A stretch of DNA of 17,880 nucleotides from a virus: IMG/VR virus record IMGVR_UViG_3300045988_078221; one strand, given 5' to 3'. A model generated the notes under the pieces. It did no database searches, had not been told where the DNA came from, and saw nothing but the letters and a program-made list of their open reading frames with translations. The position numbers were made by a program, and so were the translations under genes. Below are positions 3,889 to 10,088 of the stretch, piece after piece (within the stretch, counting starts at the first letter, position 1; every line of letters begins with the position of its first letter).

Positions 3889-5361
3889 ATGGACGGAATC
3901 ATGCGGGAGCGTCGAATAGCGACAACAGACGGCGCGACATTGTGCACCGATGACGGCGCGGAACCGTTGACGGCGAATAGCGTCATACGCCTTACCATGC
4001 TCGATCACCATACGCGCGTATGGTGCGCCCACGGATGGCAGGACATCAAACCCGTAGCCACCGAACTGTTGCAACGACTGCCATTGCAGTCGAATCCAGC
4101 TAAAGACGGCGTGTGGGGTACATTCAACATTCGCGGTCATTTCTACAGTTTCCGGGTACGAATGGGCGGCGTCACTGTAGATTTCCTGGACGTGCGCAAT
4201 ATCACGCGCGACGACGGCCTGAATGTTTCACGTGAAACATTCGGCGGCATGAACGACTTGGAAACCACATGGAATATCGCACAGGAATGCGCTGCACTGA
4301 ACCTTAGGGGCACTACGATAGCGTCTATGGCAATGACCGACTATATCGACGGGGATTACGCCGGATTTCGGCGTCATTTTCCGCCGTTGATCAAAGAGGA
4401 TTATCACCGGATGCGCCCCGCCTACTATGGGGCGATAGTATACAGCAAGCCGGGAGAATATCAGGACTGCCGAAGCTGGGATGTGAACAGTCTCTACCCG
4501 AGTATCATGCGCGACGCTCCCATGCCGACAGGCCTCCCCATATGGTACGACGGAGAATATCGACATGACGATGATTATCCACTACATATTGACGTCATAT
4601 CGTTTGACGCAAGACTGAAACGAAAAAAAACGGCGACGCTCACAAATATCCTACCCGTATGGGGGTATGAGGGCGAACGTTTGGACAGTACGCTAGGCGT
4701 CGTCACCATGCCCGTAACCAATGTGGACTTGGAGACACTTACGGAAAACTATGATATGCACGTGTGGGAGCATGTCGGTGGCTGGAAATTCCGCAAATCG
4801 CATGGACTGTATTACAACTACGTAGACAAATGGTTTCACGTGAAACAGACCGCGACCGGAGAGCGCAGGCAAATGGCGAAACTGCTATTAAACTCGCTGG
4901 TGGGAAAATTCGGGGCCTCGCTCTACCGACCTCTACTGCATCCGAAACCATCTGTGGACGGTGGCGTGGATTTCACCGTGGACAAGCCTGAGTCGGCCAA
5001 CAGTTTGGCATGGTTGCCGACCGCCGCTTATGTCAATGCCTACGGCAGACAGATACTATCCCGTGCGATGAATGCGAACAGCGGTCGCGTGCTCTACGCC
5101 GACACCGACGGCATGATATTGGAGGGGCTAGACGCGCCTATAGGTATCGAACCGAACGATCAGAAACTAGGCGCGTGGAAAAACGATCACACCTACGAAA
5201 AACTCCGTATCCTAGGCAACCGTAAATACGCCGGCGTGGAAACATGCGGTGATATTGTCATGCGCTTGAGCGGCGTGCATCGGGCCGCACCTATCCCCTA
5301 CGACGAGTTTACAACCGGGTCGCACCACCTCAATGACGACGGCCATGTTTTCGTGCTATAA
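3889..5361 (+). CDS. Protein-primed family-B DNA polymerase (phi29 gp2-like), compact at 490 aa
   Basis: RBS AAAGGA lies before ATG 3889. Recognisable motifs:
- DVNSLYPS (motif A; phi29 DVNSLYPAQM);
- KLLLNSLVGKFG (motif B; phi29 KLMLNSLYGKFA);
- YADTDG (motif C; phi29 YCDTDS);
- LGAWKNDH and GNRKY (KxY). Confidence 0.95.
   Translation: MDGIMRERRIATTDGATLCTDDGAEPLTANSVIRLTMLDHHTRVWCAHGWQDIKPVATELLQRLPLQSNPAKDGVWGTFNIRGHFYSFRVRMGGVTVDFLDVRNITRDDGLNVSRETFGGMNDLETTWNIAQECAALNLRGTTIASMAMTDYIDGDYAGFRRHFPPLIKEDYHRMRPAYYGAIVYSKPGEYQDCRSWDVNSLYPSIMRDAPMPTGLPIWYDGEYRHDDDYPLHIDVISFDARLKRKKTATLTNILPVWGYEGERLDSTLGVVTMPVTNVDLETLTENYDMHVWEHVGGWKFRKSHGLYYNYVDKWFHVKQTATGERRQMAKLLLNSLVGKFGASLYRPLLHPKPSVDGGVDFTVDKPESANSLAWLPTAAYVNAYGRQILSRAMNANSGRVLYADTDGMILEGLDAPIGIEPNDQKLGAWKNDHTYEKLRILGNRKYAGVETCGDIVMRLSGVHRAAPIPYDEFTTGSHHLNDDGHVFVL
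4224..4239. promoter_or_regulatory. Perfect parS (ParB/Spo0J binding site) TGTTTCACGTGAAACA, site 1
   Basis: Exact match to the 16-bp chromosomal parS consensus TGTTNCACGTGAAACA. It is embedded in a 22-bp perfect palindrome at 4221-4242 and lies in polymerase codons N-V-S-R-E-T-F. Confidence 0.8.
4832..4847. promoter_or_regulatory. parS site 2 (GGTTTCACGTGAAACA; 14-bp core perfect, 15/16 to consensus)
   Basis: The core GTTTCACGTGAAAC at 4833-4846 is a perfect palindrome. It is read in a different phase from site 1 (W-F-H-V-K-Q). Confidence 0.75.
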
Positions 5362-5362
5362 T
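5333..5362 (+). promoter_or_regulatory. Candidate late promoter: -35-like ATGACG, 18-bp spacer, perfect extended -10 TGCTATAAT
   Basis: TGCTATAAT at 5354-5362 overlaps the polymerase stop codon, and ATGACG lies at 5333-5338. The element sits exactly at the replication/morphogenesis module boundary. Confidence 0.45.
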
Positions 5363-5497
5363 ATTTGACAGCGGGGTGTGCGTCCCAAGTCGATTCGATG
5401 GCCCGACCGGCAGGCAATCGGTAAGACGATCGGTCGGATGTAGACGTGCGCAGCCAGCGCCCAGCGACGGCGAGGGAACCCGCACAGCCCAGCAATC

Positions 5498-5527
5498 TGG
5501 CACGGCAGCGTGATTGTTGCCGTGCCA
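5498..5527 (+). promoter_or_regulatory. Perfect 10-bp hairpin (TGGCACGGCA / TGCCGTGCCA, 10-nt loop) just upstream of the scaffold-gene RBS
   Basis: Inverted repeat read directly from the sequence. No T-tract follows it; the RBS AAGAGG lies at 5535-5540. Confidence 0.5.
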
Positions 5528-5545
5528 TCTACTTAAGAGGTGATT

Positions 5546-5884
5546 ATGAACGACTCTGAAATCGACGATAAGCCGAACACCACGCCCGACGACGAACCGG
5601 ACGCGACCGGCGACGACAATACGCCGGCCCCGGAGCCTGAAACGCAGGATGATAACGAGCCGGAGGACGCGGGCGACGACAAGAACGCCGACATGGCTGA
5701 TCGTCTCAGCGCTTTGGAAGCGGCCATGGCGGAATTGTCCAAAACCGTTGAAGAAATGCGTGATGCGGCAGCAGACCATGTGTTGCATGACGGCCCCGAC
5801 GACGTGACGCCGGACTCTACGGAAATGACCGACGACGACTATAACGGCACCTATAGCACGTTCGACGATCTATATAGGGACTAG
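5546..5884 (+). CDS. Putative scaffolding protein (phi29 gp7 position), extremely acidic
   Basis: AAGAGG lies 5 nt before ATG 5546 (the track ORF starts at GTG 5540). The product is 112 aa with D/E/P-rich termini and a central helical segment (ADRLSALEAAMAELSKTVEEMRDAA). It sits directly upstream of the major capsid gene. The call is based on position only. Confidence 0.5.
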   Translation: MNDSEIDDKPNTTPDDEPDATGDDNTPAPEPETQDDNEPEDAGDDKNADMADRLSALEAAMAELSKTVEEMRDAAADHVLHDGPDDVTPDSTEMTDDDYNGTYSTFDDLYRD

Positions 5885-5905
5885 TAATTAGAAAGGACAA
5901 CCATC

Positions 5906-7633
5906 ATGTCAACCACTCCAGTGGTGACGCCGAAGCAGCAGCTTCGCCCGCTCACCGAATTCAACAACTCCCAGATTCTCAATATGATTCGCAACGAGGC
6001 TTCCCCCGAATATCAGCGCCGTATGCCGTCGGCCACTCAAATGAACATGGACCGCCAGATGGCTACACTCATGTCCAGTACTCAGCTGAAGAACGAGTTC
6101 TATTCGGCGCTGGTGAACCGCATCGGCGGCACCTATGTGAACACATGGCGGTGGAATAATCCGCTCAGTGTTTTCCAGCGAGCATCTCAGGCGTATGGCG
6201 ACACGTGGCAGGAAATCGCCGTGGGAATGCCGCTTGCCCAAGTATATGACCCGAACGCGGAATATCTCGGCGCAGATAATTTCCGCAAGTGGAAGATCGA
6301 CGTGGATTCACTGTATCATCGTCTCGATTTTGCTCACTGGTATCCGGCGACCACGGACGACAAGACACTCCAGCGGGCATTCACGTCCGAAAACGGGTTG
6401 GCATCCCTCACCTCGCAGATTCTCACCTCTTGCTATAATGCAGCCGAAGTGGACTTGTTCGAGGCCATGTGTCACCAGTTCGTCGAGTATGCCAAGCTCG
6501 GCGGATACTGGCGCATCCACATGGAACATGATCTCAACAACATGGGTTCGACGGAAACCGACGCCCGTGACATGTTGCGGCAGATTCGCGCATGGGCTGA
6601 TACGTTGAAATTCGTGTCCACTCGATACAATGCCCGTCATATGCCGACGTTCGCCCGCCCCGATGAGCTTGTACTGTTCTGCTCGCCCGAGGTCAAGTCG
6701 GCGCTTGACGTGCAGGGTCTGGCGACCGTATTCCAGCGTACTGACGCGGAACCAACCATCGACCGGATTATCGTCATCCCACAGGACCGTTTCGGCATGG
6801 ACGGCGTACAGGCCATCTTGACCACCGACAAGTTCCTGATCGACATCCCCGTCATCAACGAGATGACCCAACAGACCAATCCAGTCAATATCAATTCGGT
6901 CAACCATTATCTGCATGTCCAGCATATTATCAGCGTGTCCGGCTTCGCCCCCGCCGTCATGTTCTGGACGGGAAAGGGTTCCACTGCCAACGTGGTGGTT
7001 CCTACCGGTACGACGGCCAAGACACCAACGTTCCAACTTAAGCTCGCGATGTACGGCGGCGGCACGGAAACCCCGAAAAACGTAGCACGAGGCGGCGCGG
7101 TGCAGGTCACCGCCGATACATCCATCAGCAATGACGGTAAGGCCACGTTCCGTTCGGACGCCGTTGAATATCGTATTGGTGATACCGTTAAGCCGAAGAG
7201 CGATTACACGTACATTTCGCCCACCGGCGTGCTGGTAGTCGGCCTTGACGAGCCGAACACCACTCTCCCGGTGACGGCGACCGCGCTGTACACGAATCCG
7301 GCGACGCCGGAAGTGCCGGGCACCGTGTCCGCCGCCCTGGACGTGCCGGTGGTCGGTGATGGTGTCATTGGATTCAACCCGTCGATCATCGCATCCATTA
7401 CCGTAACCGTGCCGAACGTGACCACGGGCCATACGGTACAGGCGTCCGCCGCAGCGACCATGATCGACGGGCGTACCGCCGACGTGACCACACAGGCCGC
7501 ATGGACATCCGGCACTCCAGAGAACGCTACCGTGTCCGAATCGGGTATGGTGTCAGGTGTCAAGGTGGGCGCGTCCGACATCACCGCCACGCTGTTCGGC
7601 GTGTCCGGCAAGGCCAGTGTGACCGTGTCTTAG
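5906..7633 (+). CDS. Major capsid protein (phi29 gp8-like) with C-terminal Ig-like (Big_2-type) domains
   Basis: RBS GAAAGGA lies upstream. Three segments match phi29 gp8 as I recall it:
- ILNMIRNEASPEYQRRMPSAT (phi29 [21 protein letters not shown]);
- NEFYSALVNRIGG (phi29 NDFITSLVDRIG);
- CYNAAEVDLFEAM (phi29 IYNSAEVDEYEYM).
The C-terminal ...TVQASAAATMIDGRTADVTTQAAWTSGTPENATVSESGMVSGVKVGASDITATLFGVSGKASVTVS is a typical Big_2 repeat. Confidence 0.92.
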   Translation: MSTTPVVTPKQQLRPLTEFNNSQILNMIRNEASPEYQRRMPSATQMNMDRQMATLMSSTQLKNEFYSALVNRIGGTYVNTWRWNNPLSVFQRASQAYGDTWQEIAVGMPLAQVYDPNAEYLGADNFRKWKIDVDSLYHRLDFAHWYPATTDDKTLQRAFTSENGLASLTSQILTSCYNAAEVDLFEAMCHQFVEYAKLGGYWRIHMEHDLNNMGSTETDARDMLRQIRAWADTLKFVSTRYNARHMPTFARPDELVLFCSPEVKSALDVQGLATVFQRTDAEPTIDRIIVIPQDRFGMDGVQAILTTDKFLIDIPVINEMTQQTNPVNINSVNHYLHVQHIISVSGFAPAVMFWTGKGSTANVVVPTGTTAKTPTFQLKLAMYGGGTETPKNVARGGAVQVTADTSISNDGKATFRSDAVEYRIGDTVKPKSDYTYISPTGVLVVGLDEPNTTLPVTATALYTNPATPEVPGTVSAALDVPVVGDGVIGFNPSIIASITVTVPNVTTGHTVQASAAATMIDGRTADVTTQAAWTSGTPENATVSESGMVSGVKVGASDITATLFGVSGKASVTVS

Positions 7634-7642
7634 TGGTATGAT

Positions 7643-7670
7643 GGGAGGGTAGCCGGTTGGCTACTCTCTC
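7643..7670 (+). terminator. Hairpin after the capsid gene (12 bp including 2 G-U, GGTT tetraloop)
   Basis: GGGAGGGTAGCC / GGCTACTCTCTC, read directly from the sequence. The downstream T-tract is weak or absent. Confidence 0.4.
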
Positions 7671-7686
7671 TCACGGCGTGATGCAA

Positions 7687-7729
7687 GCAAGGCCCGGAGC
7701 GCAACCCACGTGAGCGCTCCGGGCCTTGC
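7687..7729 (+). terminator. Strong GC-rich hairpin (16-bp perfect stem, 11-nt loop) between the capsid and tail-knob genes; candidate terminator/attenuator
   Basis: GCAAGGCCCGGAGCGC (7687-7702) pairs perfectly with GCGCTCCGGGCCTTGC (7714-7729). There is no U-tract. It ends 7 nt before the tail-knob RBS GGAGG (7736-7740). Confidence 0.55.
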
Positions 7730-7748
7730 CATACCGGAGGTCGGATTA

Positions 7749-10076
7749 ATGATTAATGACGCGAACCCCTACGTGGAGGCCAGTTTTTCTTGGGCAGAAT
7801 GGACACCCAACACTACGCTGAAGCTCTGTCGAGTCCCATGGGACGCCTCATACCGTGATGTCGTCCGGTTTGTTTCACGTGAAACACAGGAACAGTGGTT
7901 CGATCAAGTGGATGGCGTGGAATGCCGTCCGGCCACCATGCATATTTTCAACGCGCCCGCCCGTATCGAACTCCCGTTCAACGAGGCGTCGAACTGGAAC
8001 TATCTCGTAGCCTATAACGACTATCCCGGTTTGGAAGGGCCGCGAGCATGGTATTACTTTATCCAGCGCGTCGAGTACGTCAACGCCCATTGCACGCAAC
8101 TGGTCCTGATGCTGGACGTGTGGCAAAGCTTCCAGCACGATATCACGTTCGGCAGTTGCTACGTGACGCGCGGGCATATCGGCGTGGCCAATGAACACCA
8201 GTGGGACGGTTACGGGCGCACCTATCTGGCACTCCCGGAGGGCTTGGACACCGGCAGTGAGATGGTAACGACGGCACAACGATATCATTCCATCATATCA
8301 GGGCAACATCTGGACACCGTTCATGGGAAATTGAATTGGGTCGATTATGGCGTGATCGTCGTGAGCACCACGGATTTAACCAAGTCTCCCGGCAGTGAGT
8401 CAAAACCCGATCTGAACACGGCACAGGGCAGTGTATTCGAGGGTGCGACGGATGGATGCGCTGTCTATTATTGCGAATCCCGACTGGGTTACGTGGCGAG
8501 CATCATGTCATACGGGGCAGCATACCCGTGGGTCACTCAAGGCATCTGCGCAGTGTATATGGTGCCGAAGATTCCGAAGGATTACATCAATCGCTACGGT
8601 CAGGAGGTAACACAGATTTTAGGCCAGCCGATCAATGCGCGGTGGGGGCGAGTCTATAGTTTCCAAAGCGGCGTTGATTCGAACATGCGCTACGAAGACA
8701 TCATGACGGTACCCGGTTTCAGAAATCTTTTTAAGATTCCGCGACGATATCGCAATCTTCACAAGCTATACTGCTACCCTTACTGTGTCGTGGAATGTAG
8801 CTGCCTCAACGGCGCAGTGGTCAATTACAGGCCGGAAGACATTCAGTCAGATGATCTCGTTATTCGGGAAACGTACACATATGCCCCGTCCGGCACGCGA
8901 ATCAATTTCTATGTTCCCGGATACAATGAGGCCGGGGCGGACACGCTGACCCCGATTCAGATCAATAACCAAGGATACGGCTTGCCCATTGACGGCGGAG
9001 AGATGCTTAACGCCAGTTTCGGTATCACCAATCTGCCACATTTTTCCGTCGTCAATAATGGCGGTGCGCTGGCTACGGCGAACAGCGCGTATACTCGCGC
9101 ATATGCGCAGGAGTCTGCGCAATGGACGCGCCAGAAGGCGCTGGCGTCGGCGGATGTCGCCAATTCCAATTCGATGTGGCAACGCGAATACGCCTCACGC
9201 CAAACTAACCTAGCCAACGAAAACCGCACCGCAAATAACGCCATTACGGCAAACTCGCTGAACCAGTCACTCGCTATCGGGCAGAACCAAACCAATCAGA
9301 TGGCCAGCTTGCAGGTGGAACAGAACATCAGGAACAATAATCTCGACGGCATGGCCAGCATTATCGGCGGAGGGTTGAACGCCATCGTCAACCGCGACCC
9401 GCTAGGCGCGGTGAACGCGGTCGGCGGCGCGTTCCTCGGCTCTGCGCGGACGGATATAGCTAATCACGGCATCAATTCATCGGCCGCCATTTCCAATTCC
9501 GCAGCGGCAGCGAGTACGGCCAATCAGATCGCCACCAACGCGGCGGCCACCTCGCAAGCCAACGCTTACGCAAGCGGGGCGACCGGATTGAGCAATCAAC
9601 TCAACGCCATCACATCACAAGCCAATTATGGACTGGCCGCTTACGCCGCCCAAGGCGATTACCAGAACGCCATCGCGGGCATCAATGCCCAAGTCCAGCA
9701 GATGCAGCTCACCCCGCCCACCACGTCCGGGGCGCTCGGCGGAGACATGTTCAACCTGTCGAACGGCATCATGGGCGTGTTGGTCAGGTTCAAGACATGC
9801 GCACCGAGCGCGTTGAGATCGGCAGGTGAATACATGTTGCGTTATGGGTATTTTGTCCAACGTTTCATCACCCCGCCCCCTTCGTTGGAATGTATGACGA
9901 AATTCACGTTCTGGCAGATGCAGGAAGCGTATGTGAGGGGTATGCTGCCCGAGGAATATCGCCTGACCATCAAAGGCCTGTTCGAACGGGGCGTGACCGT
10001 ATGGAACAAGCCGGAATACATTGGCGTGACGGACTGGGCGGATAATGAGCCTCTGTCGGGCATCAGCTATGAGTGA
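7749..10076 (+). CDS. Tail knob protein (phi29 gp9-like)
   Basis: GGAGG lies 8 nt before ATG 7749; the track ORF start at GTG 7710 falls inside the hairpin loop. Four segments match phi29 gp9 as I recall it:
- WYYFIQRVEYVN...LMLDVWQSF (phi29 WFYAFVTELEFKN...EIDVLQTWMF);
- LYCYPYCVVE (phi29 LMMYPYCVTE);
- YMLRYGYFVQR (phi29 FFHKYGYKINR);
- GVTVWNKPEYIG (phi29 GITLWHTDNIG). Confidence 0.88.
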   Translation: MINDANPYVEASFSWAEWTPNTTLKLCRVPWDASYRDVVRFVSRETQEQWFDQVDGVECRPATMHIFNAPARIELPFNEASNWNYLVAYNDYPGLEGPRAWYYFIQRVEYVNAHCTQLVLMLDVWQSFQHDITFGSCYVTRGHIGVANEHQWDGYGRTYLALPEGLDTGSEMVTTAQRYHSIISGQHLDTVHGKLNWVDYGVIVVSTTDLTKSPGSESKPDLNTAQGSVFEGATDGCAVYYCESRLGYVASIMSYGAAYPWVTQGICAVYMVPKIPKDYINRYGQEVTQILGQPINARWGRVYSFQSGVDSNMRYEDIMTVPGFRNLFKIPRRYRNLHKLYCYPYCVVECSCLNGAVVNYRPEDIQSDDLVIRETYTYAPSGTRINFYVPGYNEAGADTLTPIQINNQGYGLPIDGGEMLNASFGITNLPHFSVVNNGGALATANSAYTRAYAQESAQWTRQKALASADVANSNSMWQREYASRQTNLANENRTANNAITANSLNQSLAIGQNQTNQMASLQVEQNIRNNNLDGMASIIGGGLNAIVNRDPLGAVNAVGGAFLGSARTDIANHGINSSAAISNSAAAASTANQIATNAAATSQANAYASGATGLSNQLNAITSQANYGLAAYAAQGDYQNAIAGINAQVQQMQLTPPTTSGALGGDMFNLSNGIMGVLVRFKTCAPSALRSAGEYMLRYGYFVQRFITPPPSLECMTKFTFWQMQEAYVRGMLPEEYRLTIKGLFERGVTVWNKPEYIGVTDWADNEPLSGISYE
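7871..7886. promoter_or_regulatory. Perfect parS TGTTTCACGTGAAACA, site 3
   Basis: Identical 16-mer to site 1, here inside the tail-knob gene (F-V-S-R-E-T-Q). Confidence 0.8.
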
Positions 10077-10088
10077 TACAATAACAAT

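Noticed and set aside
4896-4903. E. coli Chi sequence GCTGGTGG inside the polymerase motif B codons
   Set aside because: It is a single occurrence forced by the conserved NSLVGKFG coding sequence, and nothing suggests an enterobacterial host.
5365-5370. Perfect TTGACA that might be a -35 box for a late promoter
   Set aside because: No acceptable -10 lies 16-19 bp downstream (AGTCGA/TCGATT). The hexamer instead sits at the predicted transcription start of the much better TGCTATAAT promoter just upstream.
5298-5528. 76-aa minus-strand ORF covering the polymerase-scaffold intergenic spacer
   Set aside because: It has no Shine-Dalgarno sequence, its start lies inside the 5498-5527 hairpin, it is Arg-rich, and it would be the only other minus-strand gene, sitting in the middle of a + strand operon. 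The region is better explained as a structured RNA or leader.
6308-7432. 374-aa minus-strand ORF antisense to the capsid gene
   Set aside because: It is a shadow ORF in a GC-rich, strongly supported gp8-like gene. It has an Arg/Gly/His-rich composition, no RBS and no motif.
7744-7757. Tandem GATTAAT GATTAAT at the tail-knob start
   Set aside because: It is only two copies of a 7-mer that overlap the start codon and the first codons (M-I-N-D). It is too short to support a functional claim.
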